Below the pieces are notes generated by a model. That model searched no databases and was not told the DNA's origin. It saw nothing but the letters and a program-made list of their open reading frames with translations. DNA of 63,978 nucleotides, the filler included, from Octopus bimaculoides (taxonomy: Eukaryota), in the NCBI RefSeq assembly GCF_001194135.2. It is 5 parts of 5 records of this genome, joined end to end, with 100 filler letters (N's around TTAATTAATTAA, not from the genome) between each part and the next. Parts side by side here need not be neighbours in the genome. Positions count along the whole stretch, not along the records: positions 30,639 to 52,395 come from NC_068986.1; 4 more parts are not named here. One strand, written 5' to 3'. A program made the translations under genes and the position numbers. This document shows, in pieces, positions 38,355-52,495 of the stretch. Each line of letters opens with the position of its first letter. The first letter of the stretch is position 1.

Positions 38355-39213
38355 CTTGTTCGCTTACAGATTGGGATTTAACATCAAGATCTGATGTTAG
38401 TGCATTAGGAGGTGCTAAGGCTGTATTTTTACTGCCAGGTACAGTTAAAACTTCAGGTAACCAAGGTACATTTCGGCTACTTCTTTGACTCATTCCACTG
38501 TTGAATGATGCTGCTCGGCTAACCGTTACACACGGACCTGCAGATGAAATCATGTGCAAATAATTTGATGTGGATGCAGGTTTGTAAGGTTGGCCTGAGG
38601 TCAGATCACTTGGTTGACCAAGACTGGACCCTGCTGCAGACTGGCAACCACTACAGATAATTCCAGATGGGTTTGGCACTAAAGACTCAGATGAAGGGTT
38701 CAAACTGCTGTTGTTGCTACTTGGTAATGTCAAAAAATTGGGCCTACGTGGTGATGAGACAGGGTCTACATCAGATACTTCTGGGCTTGCTCTGGGTGCC
38801 TGAGCACTGTTGTCTGTGTGTAACTGCTGGTTGTCCAGATTAGCAATAAGGCAAGAGTGAATGTGATGGCGATAGTGAGGGCGATGGAGGTACATAGTTG
38901 GTTGCATCCCTTTCTTTTTCATTTTTTTTCGTTGCAAAGATATTGCTTTTTCGGGGTTAATCTTCCTCTGACGTTTACCCCGAGAATCAAAATATCGTTT
39001 CATAATCTTCCGTTTCGTTCGTCTCCATAAGTGTGCAATGTATTTGAGAATTTCGGCATAACAACTTCCAGGTTCGGAATTACTCGCTAATGTACTTGAT
39101 GATTGGAAACGTTTTCTCTCTTGCAACATTCTCTCAGTTTCACGCTTTTTCGTTTCAGAAAATTGTGTTGCTATGACAACTAAGCATAAATTTATCATAA
39201 AAAAAGAACCAAT
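38355..39213 (-). CDS. Cav3 (CACNA1G/H/I orthologue): Internal coding exon of T-type voltage-gated Ca2+ channel alpha-1 subunit (end of IS6, gating brake, I-II linker)
   Basis: Acceptor ttttttttttctttcAG precedes 39213 (phase 0). Translation IGSFFMINLCLVVIATQFSETKKRETERMLQERKRFQSSSTLASNSEPGSCYAEILKYIAHLWRR matches the Cav3 signature GSFFMINLCLVVIATQFSETKxRE...STLASxSEPGSCY. A His-rich stretch and APRASPE follow. Donor CAAG|GTAAGT at 38355/38354 (phase 1). 859 bp, no stops. Confidence 0.96.
38972..38981 (-). promoter_or_regulatory. Candidate internal alternative 5' splice donor (CGGG|GTAAAC) defining an optional 624-nt/208-aa segment
   Basis: GT at 38978-38977 is in phase 1, the same phase as the terminal donor. 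It lies just after the gating brake and upstream of APRASPE. Confidence 0.55.
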
Positions 39214-42200
39214 CTGAAAGAAAAAAAAATGTAAATGATTAAAACCTAAAAAAAATTTTCAAATTTCAATCAAAAATTAACGTTTGTTAGATTTGTTTTA
39301 TTTTAAATAATTTCTACTAAGAACCTTTCCTTTTATAGTTTATTTTTAGAACCCAATTTTTAAAGTTTACTTTTTAATATTCTTTATTTTTCATTGAAGA
39401 AGGGTTAGTAACACTTAAATTCCTGGATGAAGAGGTTTAAGTAGGATTAATATAGCTAATGTTATTTTTGAACTACAAGAACTATATATGCAACCAGAGT
39501 TTAGCATAATTTTTGTCTGTTTTATCATCATCTTCTTTGCTGATGCCAGTCATTTGACCATGAAGTAAAACTATAACATTTATTTTTGCCTTCAGGCATA
39601 ATGCCAGAGTTTTTCACACAGTTTAAACTAATACTATCCAATGAAACTGTGATTAGTCAAACATTATTTCCTAGAACATTGTATTATCCCATGCTATATT
39701 AAATTTACATCTATAATCATACAACACAATTTAAAAAGTCCCAAATTTTCCCCAAAGAAATCAACAACAAAAGAATGTTGTAACCTAAGGTTCTCATTCT
39801 GACATGTCACAGTTTTCTTTTTCACATTGTTTATCATGTCTCAAGCTTCTATGTTAATCCTTAACATCTGTAATTAGTTTAAAGCCTTGAGCTGGCAGAA
39901 TTGTTACTGTTTAGTGGCATTTTTCTGGCTCTTCACATTCTCATTTCAAATGCTGTCCAGAACTTTGACTTTCATCTGTTTGAGGTCAATAAAATAAATA
40001 CCAGTCAAGTATTGGGGTCAATGTGATTGACTTGCCCCTCTCCTCAAAGTTGCAGGCCTAATAACAAAGTTAAAAAGGATTATCTGTAATCAGTTTTAAT
40101 TTCCTACACTAATGAACATATCTTAAATATCATTAGAATTAATCTCTTATTTGTGTAAGTCATTCGACTGTGGCCATGCTGGGGCACTGCCTTGAAAAGT
40201 TTTATTCGGACAACTTGACCCCCCCAGTAATACTTATTCTTTTTAAAGTTTGGTACTTGTACTATAGGTCTATTTTGCCAAACCACTGAGCTACAGGAAC
40301 ATAAACAAACCAACACAAGTTGTCATACAGTGGTGGGGTCAGATGCAAACACGCGCGCGCACGCGCACACACACACACACACACACACACCACATATATA
40401 TGAGAAAAACACTGAGACATAGTTGAAAATGCACCAAAATATTTTTTTATATGATGATCTTAATTACATAGAATGAAATATAAAAAAAGTGGTGGCAACA
40501 TCAAAATCTATGAAAATAGTGCCATAAAACTCTAGTTCCTCGTTTCAGAAAGTATTTTGTTATTTGTGTATTCCTCTCAACTCAATTTTGTTTAATATGT
40601 TACATTGCTTTTATTTTGTACTTGAAGCCATAAATGTTTTGAAAGCACATGGCTTCATCAAAATTACCATCAGTTATTTATTACATCTGTTACATGTGAA
40701 GGCACGTGGCTTAGTGATTAGGTTGTTGCACAGCCTAATCACTTGGCCACGATTGCTAGATCATAGGTTCGATTCCCAGACTGCGTGGTGTGTTGTGTTC
40801 TTAAGAAAAACACTTCATTTCACGTTGCTCCACTCCCCCTTTTGATTAGTGGGGAATGTTGGCTTGATCACCTAGCCAGTGGGGTGGTCAAAGGTTAAAA
40901 CAATGCAAAGTGCATTGTGGCCAGTGATGTGTAACAACACCTGATAGCCTGGTCAGTCACATGATCATGCGATATATATGTTACCTGTGATTATTATGGA
41001 CAAATTGTACTTTTCTTGTGAAAATAAGGAACAAATGAACCAAAATAAAAATAATTTTCAAATGCAGATGAAAAGAAATGAAACAAGCTTTAAAAAAACC
41101 TATACTATTTAAAAATAAACAATGGCCTTGGATAAATTAGTCACAAACAAAACATTACTGACCAATTTCATAGTATAAGCTTGGTATGAAAGTTAAGTGA
41201 CACTGGTTTTTAGCAATAGTATCCTCTCAAAAGGTTAGCTCAGAACAGACAGAAGGACCATCACATTCTGCTAGCATCCAAAATAAATACAAATTTAAAA
41301 GAGAAAATTAGACCAAATAATACTATATTTATCCAAGCACTATAAATATGATGCATGGACTGGGGGGAGGGGATGAAGTGAAGAAAGATATAAATGCAAA
41401 CACACAAGTGTATGGAAACTTGCTATAAAGAATATCGAAATATCAAAAATTAGAATAGAAAAAAATTTGTAGAAATGATACATGAATACACAATGAGAAA
41501 ACAAATGAAATTGATTATGCATGTTTTACCACAAACCAATGACAGCATCACAACAGAACCAGCTGTTTTACAAACTTTCACTCATACAATATATGAGACC
41601 CCAAAATAGTGAAAATACCTATCATACAAAAAAACAATGTAGTGTAGTAAGCCAAAACAGACATTAAAAAAGCTAAAATCCAAAATGATGATGGTGACTA
41701 TAGATATTTCCTATGCAAGTGTTCAGTTAAATACATGGCTACAAGAAAAGTATACTACTTATTCAACACATAACACACAACAATAAAGTAAACAAAGTTA
41801 ACATAGAGGAGAACCTATCAGGAACATTATAGAAGATAGAAGAGAATTTAATTAAATTGATTAACAGGTATCAATGTAAACGCCTGCCCAAACAATACAT
41901 ATTAAGTAGCTCTATGAAAGAATTAATAAATGTAACATTGCACTTCAAGAAATTCTGCTGATGGAAACAAACTACACAAATACTAACAGACTGAATGAGC
42001 AGTTCTATCCAGTAGCAGTGATAATATTGAGGGGAAATTGGACTTGTTCTGAATAGAGTGAGACTCTCAATCAAATCCTCTTCCCCCAAAATAATAAGAA
42101 AATATGCTATACAGCATTAAGTAAAAGAAAAGAATGAAAGAAAGGGCCTGCTTTAGCGAAATGGAAAACAAGGGATCCAAAAATAATAAAAGGGTAATAG

Positions 42201-42559
42201 CAACACATAAATAAATCATATCAGCTTAAGCAAGCAGAATTAGAAACATGAACACTTCTAGAAACATGGACACTTCTAGAAACATGAACACTTCTAGGAG
42301 AACAATGTATTTGAATCAAACACAAAAAGATTTTACAAGAACATTTTTCAAAATGAAAATACTGGGAAGGAATATGGAACAAAAACACTCAGCATAAAAA
42401 AAGCCTGATGTATTAGAAATGAAGAGAAAAATATATTGGTAAATAATAATATTGCAAGCATGTCCCACTGTTACCAGTAAGTAATTCACCAACACATTAA
42501 GAACTACCAATAACTGAAAACCTCTGAGATAGACAAGCCCCCACCCCTTTCTGGCTGGG

Positions 42560-45145
42560 GCACCTGATAAGTACCCATAGCTTTATAGAGACAGCATTCA
42601 ATAAACTTGTAAGCAGACTGAAAGAATCTTACACCTATATAGCTACTGAAAGTTAAAACATTAATTCTTCAAAACAAAATACTAGAGACACTCAAGGCTT
42701 GAAAAGCAGTGACATATTCTTTTGTACTCTAGGCACAAGGCCCAAAATTAGATCAATCCCAGCACACAACTGGTACTTAATTTATCAACCCTGAAAGGAT
42801 GGAAGGCAAAGTCGACCTTGGCGGAATTTGAACTCAGAACTTAAAGACAGACGAAATACCACTAAGCATTTCACCTGACATGCTAACGTTTCTGTTAGTT
42901 CACCACCTTAAAGCAGTGACGTATTACAAGAGAGGCAGACAGGATGCTAGAAAGATATGTATGTCTGCAAAGAGCAGCTACTGGTGAACTAAGCTACTAC
43001 AGAACACTGCAAAAATAAGAAAACAAACCTTAGCATTGCCTGAATCACTTTCTTGGATATAATTTATCCTTTACATGTTTCATTCGTTGGGCTGTGGACA
43101 TGCTGGAGCACTGCCTTGAAGCGTTTTAATCAAGTAGATCGACCCCAGTACTTGTATTTTTTAAAAGTCTGGTACTTATTCTATTGGTCTCTATTTTGCT
43201 AAGCACTAAGTTATGGGGATGTGAACTGATCAGCACCAGTTGTCAAGTGGTGTGGGAAACAAACACAAGCACAAAAACACACATATATACACAATGGGCT
43301 TCCAGACAGTTTCCATCGACCAAATTCACTCACAAGGTATTGGTTGACCCAGGACCATAACTGAAGACACATGCCCAAATTGTTACACACTGATACTGAA
43401 CCCATAACTACATGACAAGCTTCTTCACTATACAGTCATGCTTGCACCTATGCCAAGAAATAAAGCACACCCAAGAGACAGTATTCATTATATGTCAAAA
43501 TGGAAAACTATATAACTACAAGGCAGAAAGAAGGTAACTAAAATCAGCCCTGTATCTATAAGAAGAGAAATATTCCAAAGAGACTCATTATTCCTTCTAG
43601 TCTTTTGCAAATCTCTGGCTCCATTAACAAATCTGTTGAATGAAACCATCTCTGGCTATAGACACTATGAGCGAACTATAAACATATCCCTTCTATATGG
43701 ATGACTTCAAAATATTTACAAGAAATGATATCCAGTTGGGAATCTAGTAAAAACTGTTCATAAATTCAGTGAAGACATAAAAGTAAGAGATTATACAAAT
43801 GTGTCAAAGCTACAATAAGAAGCAAATTAACTGAATGTGAGAACATTAAGTTAGAAATAGATACCAAAATCAAAGAATTAAACTAGAATTATACATAAAA
43901 GTATTTGGGAATAGATGAAACAAAATAAAACATACAAAAATGAAGGAGAAAAATTAGAATAGAATATTGTTGAAGAGTCAAACTTGTATAGAAAATTGAA
44001 CTCAATGGTAACCATGTCAGTTATAAATTATAACTTAAATAATGTAAACCAGAAATTAAATTGAGTGAATAGCTTAAACAGAGAAATCAGTAAACTACCA
44101 ATAGTATTCTGATACAGATTGACTATATCTGCCTGCACACAAAGAGAGTGGGATATTATTTGAATAGAAAACTATGACAAAATAACAACAGTGAATGGAG
44201 AAAAAAATTTTGTAGTAAACAAAGGGAAAACAAATAGTGTAATAGGGAAACTTGAATAAAAATATTTCTATCTATACAAGGAAACAGAGTACAATATGTA
44301 AACTAACTACACTAAAGACAAGATTTAGATAAGTAGAAAGAAAACAAATTATTAAAAAAAAACAAAGCAAAAACAAACAGAGGGCAAAATCAAAATGGTA
44401 TTTGAAAATATACTGAAGAATAAGTGGTGAGAAAAGCCACTCCATGGGCAATACCCATCAAAACTGGTAAGAACAATAGACCAAGTAAGCTAACACTAGC
44501 TCTGAGCTAAAAAGAGAAACAGAAGGTCTGATCTTAGTTGTAGAAGAGCAGTGCTTAACAACAACCAACTATACTACAAAAATAAAATAATGAAAAAGAT
44601 GCTAAAATCAAATGCAGGTTATGCAACCAATACAATGAGACAATTGACCCCATCATTTCCAGCTACCCAGTCCTTGCCAAGTCAAATATATTCATAGACA
44701 AGATTGAATTGGCAGCTGGGCAACATGCCAATATTTCATATCCAAATATAAACCAAAAACAATACATGACAACAACATGTCCATTATCATCTGGAACATG
44801 CATTTCATTACTGCCTTATAGATCAAAGCAAGCTATTCAGGTAGTTAAAGACTTGAACAAAAATGTTTGTGTTCAGATAGACATCTTGAACTTTTCTGAC
44901 AAAAGCATTGCCTAAAAAGAGGTGGAGATCTTGAAATAAGTACAAAGATCTTGACATAAGTAGAATGTGGGGGATGGAATTAAAATCATTACCAATGATT
45001 TTAATTTATCTCCTTAAGCACTTGAGGAGATAAAAATAAATGAGTTGTACAAAAAATTTCAGACTATACCAGGGTTCATTTCATTACACACAGTCAAAAA
45101 GATAACCTTATTACGTGTGGGCCTCATTTTATATAAGGTACTTTA
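42560..45145 (+). mobile_element. Heavily decayed R4/Dong-like (R2-group) non-LTR retrotransposon, interrupted by two SINEs
   Basis: Frameshifted motifs in order: CKEQLLVN (~42965), IRREIFQRDSL (~43560), YMDD (43694-43705), EKPLHGQYP (44431), LKRETEGLI, CRLC..ETID (44613), KYKDL, KITLLRVGLILYKVL*. May extend 5' to about 41550. Confidence 0.8.
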
Positions 45146-47345
45146 AATTCAGTTGTACAACTCGGATAATACAATCGCCACTCAATGAAATAAAACCTGT
45201 ACAATACATACTCTTTCTCATCAATACACAATACAAACACCAACATAACCTCACCCAACAATACAATGTCAATAATTCATACAAATCCAACAGTGAAACA
45301 CATAACACCAGTCACACAGAACATATGAAACAACAATCCACAACCGTCAAAACACAACTTGCCTTGTATATATTCAATAAAGTAGATATTAAAATAACAC
45401 CAGAAATAAGACACTCCATAATGCAGATCTGCATACCCACCCCAAAAATGGCAATATTTGGACCTTTTTTACATTGGCAATAATACTCTCTGGTTTAAGG
45501 TGGTGAACTGGCAGAATTGTTACCACACTGGGCAAAATGTTTAGTGGCATTTCATTCATCCTTTTGGGGTTGATGAAATAAGTACCCAGTTGAGTGCTGC
45601 GGTCGACGATATCATCTTATCTCCTCTCCCAAAATTTCAGGCCTTGTGCCTAAATTTGAAATCATTATTACTCCCTGGCTCACTGATTGGAAATACCTCA
45701 AGTCTGCTACCAGTTATTGTAGACAGTTGTTACATCCATAGCAAACATGTCTAGGGAAGACCACAGTCATAGTGATTTGCTTCTTCTCTGGCTCATTTAG
45801 TAGGCTTTTTGGGGTGTTTTTTTTGACCAATTAGTTGACTTGTGTATTTGGTTATTTTGGCTTTTATTTGTTTTGGCACTGCCAAACCTATCCACCTTTT
45901 TGGTAGTGGTGGGTCAAATCACTTACTCCGATCTATTCATCTTTGTTGGTTGCACCGTTAGGCCATTTTGAACACTTTCTGGTCATCCTTGGTATCTTCC
46001 TTATTTGAGGGATTGGGGAAAGGGTTGCTATGCCTGTAGATTTAGGTGCTTCTTCTTATTTTTGGTCTCAGCAAGAATTCTTCATGGTGTATTTCTTTAT
46101 ATTCTGTTTAGTCCACTCTGTCTTTATTTATAATTATAGTAGAAGTTATTGTGTTGTTACTGGAGTTGCTGCTGAGACTGCTGTTCATGTTGCGATTAAA
46201 GCAATCAGGATGTTTGTAGCAGCAGAGGAGAGGTGGCACTCTGCCTTATCTTCTCCACATATTGAGGTGGTCTGTTTTAACACAAACGTATCACTTAAGT
46301 TCTGCTGAGGTAACTGGAGTCCTATTATTTGACTGATACTTCTACTATTTCCATCACACTAGCCAGGTCCTGTGAGGCAGCAAATTGGGGAAATTGACTT
46401 CATTCACCCAACAGATCACATACAGTATGATTGTATTGAAATCTTGGGACATGCATGTGGTTGTGACCATTGATTGTTGTTTCCTGCTTACTGTTGCAGT
46501 TCCACCATCCAAAGTGTACAAGACAGATTCTTTATTTTACTGATTCTGGAAGGATGACTAAGTCACTCTAAGAATTTGAGTTTAGAAAGTAAAGAGCCAG
46601 GAGAATGTTGCTTACCATTTTTCTGATGCTGTAATAATTCTGCTAATTTGTAGCCTAAGTTTGCCAAATATTGGCTTCAAAATTTGGCACAAGTCCAGCA
46701 ATATCATGGAGGGTTTAAGTCAATTACTTCAACCCCACTGTTCAACTGGTGCTCATTTTATCACCCTCAGCAGAATTTTAACTCAGAACATAAAGAGAGA
46801 TGAAATGCTGCTAAGCATTTGCCAACTTACCACCTTAATAATATTAATAATAATGATAATAAAAAGTATAAAAGATGGGCTACAACAAATATTCTGCTCA
46901 ATACCACAGATTTGCTTGTCAGTTGTTTGACCTTAACCAGTTGAGCATGTCCCTTAGTGGCTGACGATATGTGCATCTCTGATCACGAGCAGAAGTAGTG
47001 GGGGAGCATCATAGCCATGTGTTGAGAGGAATTCTTTGGGGTTTGAATAATTCACCTTTGGAAACATGGGTGTTTTGCTCAACATCNNNNNNNNNNNNNN
47101 NNNNNNNNNNNNNNNNNNNNNNNNNNNNNNNNNNNNNNNNNNNNNNNNNNNNNNNNNNNNNNNNNNNNNNNNNNNNNNNNNNNNNNNNNNNNNNNNNNNN
47201 NNNNNNNNNNNNNNNNNNNNNNNNNNNNNNNNNNNNNNNNNNNNNNNNNNNNNNNNNNNNNNNNNNNNNNNNNNNNNNNNNNNNNNNNNNNNNNNNNNNN
47301 NNNNNNNNNNNNNNNNNNNNNNNNNNNNNNNNNNNNNNNNNNNNN

Positions 47346-47402
<57 letters not shown>

Positions 47403-47613
47403 TAATAGTAATTTCAATAGGTAAAATACAGACATAGTGGTTACAAATGTATAGAGACTGACAAAACAAAGTTATGTATAAATGGGGGGAGGTGTAAGGA
47501 CGTTATTCAATGAACATTTTAAAAGTTTGGTAATGGTAACAATAGTAGCAACAAGAACAATAATAATAAAAGCAACAACAATAACAATGGTAATGATGAT
47601 AACGATCACGATG

Positions 47614-47662
<49 letters not shown>

Positions 47663-48195
47663 GGATAATAATGATAATAATAGTGATAAGTAAATAATAA
47701 TTAGTGTTTTACTCACTAAGAGACAAACATCAGACATACAAGAGAAATAAAATTTTTTATTCTATATAAAGACTAAACACATTTGATTTGCTTTCTTTTT
47801 ATTTTTCTATCTCCCCAACCCCATCCATATTTTCCTCCAGCTAGTTAACATCTCTACTTTAGCGGCATTGTGGAATAAAAAAAAAGAAAATAGTCATAAT
47901 GAAATGCTACTGTAATCGTCTCCTTCCTCGCCGTTATAATTATTATTGCTGACATCCGGAGTGATAGTATCATCAATCAAATCTTTATTCGCATTCCCTC
48001 TCTTTATCCATATCGCAAGTGATTATTTTTGACATTGTGAGAGATATATGAGATATCATCTAATTGATGTGCTATTGTTTTTATCACCACTATTATTAGG
48101 ATATCATTATTGTTCTATTATCATCAGGATCTGCGTGCTTTCCATCACAATGCTGACCCCACTGCTGTGTACACCATCCCCACCACCTACATCAC

Positions 48196-48229
<34 letters not shown>

Positions 48230-48532
48230 ATACACACACACACATTATATACATACACAAATATATGCAGATATGTNNNNNNNNNNNNNNNNNNNNNNNN
48301 NNNNNNNNNNNNNNNNNNNNNNNNNNNNNNNNNNNNNNNNNNNNNNNNNNNNNNNNNNNNNNNNNNNNNNNNNNNNNNNNNNNNNNNNNNNNNNNNNNNN
48401 NNNNNNNNNNNNNNNNNNNNNNNNNNNNNNNNNNNNNNNNNNNNNNNNNNNNNNNNNNNNNNNNNNNNNNNNNNNNNNNNNNNNNNNNNNNNNNNNNNNN
48501 NNNNNNNNNNNNNNNNNNNNNTGATGATGATG

Positions 48533-48567
<35 letters not shown>

Positions 48568-49119
48568 TCATCATCTTTTAGTATCCATCTGGTGGTGATA
48601 TATATATATATATATATATCCACACACACACACGCACACACATACACACACACAGACATACTCACATACAAACCCATGCACACCCACACACATGCACACA
48701 CATACACATGTATGTTTTGTTTTCAATTCAATAAGAAATGTTTGTAAGCCACCCACGGAGGGAAGTAAATAACTGTCTTTTCTTCCACATCCTTCACATT
48801 ATCATCACCATCACCACCATCATCATAATAATCTCTCTCTCTCTCTCTCTCTGTCCCTTACTCTTCCTCTCTCTCTCTCTCTCAGAAGGATGCATTAATT
48901 GAAGAAGTGAAATCTTGCAGTAGAATTTACTTTTGATTCTTATAGAAAGCTAAAACTACAAAAGCATTTCCTACTAATGTAGCCGATCATTAAGTCATTG
49001 TCTGTCTCTCTCTGTTTCTAAAGCACTTTATCAATTGCTTTGTTTGTTTTCATGTTTCATCTACTATATGTCTACTTATTTGTGCATATGTCTGTCCGTT
49101 TACCATATTTGTCTGTCTG

Positions 49120-49208
<89 letters not shown>

Positions 49209-49704
49209 TTGTCTGTCTGTCTGTTTACTCACCTAACTATGAAACTATCTTTCAATTTACCCATGAATCTACCTAGCTACTTACCAAACTGTCTGTCTAT
49301 CTATCTATCTATCTATCTATCTACCCCTTTATCCGTCTACCCATTTCTCTACCTGCCAACTTTTGCTCACATTGTAAAGAGAGAGAGGGAGAGACAGGGA
49401 GAGAGAGGGAGAGGGCGAGAGAGAGGGAGAGAGAGAAGGAGAGGGAGATATCAATCTATCTACCCCTTTATCCATCTNNNNNNNNNNNNNNNNNNNNNNN
49501 NNNNNNNNNNNNNNNNNNNNNNNNNNNNNNNNNNNNNNNNNNNNNNNNNNNNNNNNNNNNNNNNNNNNNNNNNNNNNNNNNNNNNNNNNNNNNNNNNNNN
49601 NNNNNNNNNNNNNNNNNNNNNNNNNNNNNNNNNNNNNNNNNNNNNNNNNNNNNNNNNNNNNNNNNNNNNNNNNNNNNNNNNNNCACACATGGACACACAT
49701 GCAC

Positions 49705-49741
<37 letters not shown>

Positions 49742-50895
49742 AATAGAAATATATTTATCCCTGCAGAGCAATACATAGAGAGCGTAGCAGGCTGTGTCAA
49801 GACACTGTCAAACAAACCCATCGTTTCTCTATCTCAGCCTTCATCTTATCTGGTAAAGCAGCAGAGAAATCGGATAAAATCATAAGATAAGATAAAAAAA
49901 AAAATAACGGAACATATTCAGTGCAGTATTTTCTTGCCAGGTACCACCATTCTCAAAGTTCCCCCTGCCACACAAGAACACATACAACTCTCAGGGCACC
50001 ATGTTACAGGGTGAGGTCAGGACAAATGTTGGCACTCTATCATTTGGATTATGTAACTAAGTATGCATGTTAACTGATGATTTCTCAGCTAAACTATGAA
50101 ACCACAGCCAAGCATCAAGTTAAAACATCTTCACACAATTTCATCCTCATCTTCATTATCATTATCAACATCAGCATCATCATCTAATTTTTCTTCTTCT
50201 TTCTCTCCTCCTCCTCACTCATCTCCCCCTCCTCCTTTTCTTCTTCTTTCCCATCATTTTCTTTTTCTTCTTCTTTTCCATCTTCTTCTTTTCCATCTTC
50301 TTCTTTTCCATCTTCTTCTTTTTCTTCTTCTTTTTCTTCTTCTTCTTCTTCTTCTTCTCTTTCTTCTTCTTCTTCTTCTTCTTCTTCTCCTCCTCCTCCT
50401 CCTCCTCCTTTTACTCTTCCTCTTTTCTCCTCTTTTATCTCCTCATTATTCCCCCTCCTCCACTCCTTCATCCTCCCCTTCCTTCCTTCCTTCCTTCCTT
50501 CCTTCCTTCCTTCCTTCCTTCCTACCAATATTTTCTTCCAACACTACTTTTTCTATGGTTTAAATTTCTATCTCTCATCCTTTTTTTTTTATCTACCTCG
50601 CCTTTTTCTTTTTCCTTTTCTATATTTTTTTAATAAATTTTTTCCTTTACAAAAATATCTTTTCCTGCTTGTTCAAAGCAATATTCTCAAACCAAACCAA
50701 CGTGATAATGCTACATTGTAATTGATATCTTGTTCTTTGCAGGACAACTGATATTTTGTTCTCTTCATTTGCTCTTAGAATATTTGGTTCATTGGTATCA
50801 CATCTCTTCTGGATGCTGGTTTTTCTTGGCTGAACAGAATCATTCCACAAGATCAAAAGATATGATGATGAGAAGGGTTAGAGGGGAAGGGTAAA

Positions 50896-50932
<37 letters not shown>

Positions 50933-51098
50933 TCATCATCATCATCATCATCGTTTAACGTCTGCTTTCCATGCTAGCATGGGTTGGACGATTTAACTGA
51001 GGACTGGTGAAACCGGATGGCAACACCAGGCTCCAATCTGATTTGGCAGAGTTTCTACAGCTGGATGCCCTTCCTAACGCCAACCACTCAAAGAGTGT
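50933..51098 (-). mobile_element. Family A copy
   Basis: Near-identical reverse complement of 4725-4886, flanked by (TA)n/(CAT)n and (CA)n. Confidence 0.85.
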
Positions 51099-51120
51099 AT
51101 TAATAGACACACACACACAA

Positions 51121-51205
<85 letters not shown>

Positions 51206-51207
<2 letters not shown>

Positions 51208-52105
51208 GGGTGCAAAGGGTAAATTGTCGCCATTTTATATCTTTAATCTTGCAAAATTGCAGTGTTTGTTTTTGATTTTCTTGACTACACAGTATAGTAG
51301 GGTCATTAGGGCACTCTCTGTGAGAAAAACAGCACCATGACATAATTAACTCTGCTAGAAATTTGGAAACAACATGCTGTACTGCTTGGCATTCATGCTA
51401 GAAGCTACAATATGAACATTTCAGAGTATTTCGGAGTGAATTTGAGGAAGTGCAATCTGAGGACATGTACCAAGAGTGATAAAAATCAAACATCTAGTCA
51501 ACATCATAGTATTTGGAGTGATCACTAGTGATGGCGACATTATGCCTCCATTCATTTTTTCACACGGCCTCAGACTCAACAGAGAGATCTACACCAAGTG
51601 CCTGGAGTAGGTAGTTCTGCCCTGGGTCAAGAGAGTGGCTGCTGGAAGACCCTATGTCTGGCAACAGGACTCTGCACCATGCCACACAAGCAGGAGAACT
51701 CAGTGATAGCCGTCAGACAATTTCTGTGACCAAATCACTCTTAACATCAGGCCACCTAACTCCTCAGACTCCAAACCACTTGATTATTATGTGTGGGGCG
51801 CAGTTGAGTGAGAGACCAACAAAACTTGTAACATGAACTGAAGGCAAGGATTATGGCAGCATTCACCAACTTAAACAAGGAGACAGTCCAGAAAAGTTGC
51901 AGGAGATTCCAAAGTCATCTGGAGGCCATGGTTGAAGCCAATGGCAATTTCATTGAGTAAATTTACTCATTTCAAGATATTTTTATGTAATTTTAGTAAA
52001 TATAACTGTTAAAATGAGATGTCAGTGTTATTTTCATTTTTGAAATAATTTTTGCATAAATTCATTTTTGCATAATTTAGACGACAGTTTATTCACTGCA
52101 CCCTG
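51206..52105 (+). mobile_element. Internally deleted maT-like (DD37D) Tc1/mariner element, 900 bp
   Basis: Ends CAGGGTGCA...TGCACCCTG, TA at left. Remnants VWQQDSAPCHT, ETVQKSCRRFQSHLEAMVEANGNFIE. Confidence 0.88.
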
Positions 52106-52358
52106 CATAGGCGCAGGCATGGGTGTATGGTAAGAAGCTAGCCATAGGTGTGGTTGTGTTGTAAGAAGCTATGCACAGGTGTGGCTGTGTGGTAAGAAGC
52201 TTCCCAACCAGATGGTTTCTGGTTCAGCCACACTGCATGGCACCTTGGGCAAGTGTCTTCTACTATAGCCTTGGTCTGACCAAAGCCTTGTAAGTAGATT
52301 TGGTAGATGGAAACTGAAAGAAGTCCGTCTTATATATATATATTTATATATATACTTA

Positions 52359-52395
<37 letters not shown>

Positions 52396-52495
52396 NNNNN
52401 NNNNNNNNNNNNNNNNNNNNNNNNNNNNNNNNNNNNNNNTTAATTAATTAANNNNNNNNNNNNNNNNNNNNNNNNNNNNNNNNNNNNNNNNNNNN
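52396..52495. other. Artificial scaffold-join spacer
   Basis: 44N + TTAATTAATTAA (52440-52451) + 44N. Confidence 0.93.

Noticed and set aside
37205-40400. Inverted family B SINE pair flanking the Cav3 exon as a circRNA driver
   Set aside because: The overlap is only about 100 bp and visibly diverged, too weak to support.
42241-42297. 18-bp x3 direct repeat (tagaaacatg(a/g)acacttc), superficially CRISPR-like
   Set aside because: No spacers, eukaryotic context, and located in or next to a decayed LINE; a simple slippage repeat.
45900-46560. Possible decayed LINE endonuclease on the minus strand (IYRHSNP-like)
   Set aside because: Plausible, but the motifs are too degenerate to assign.
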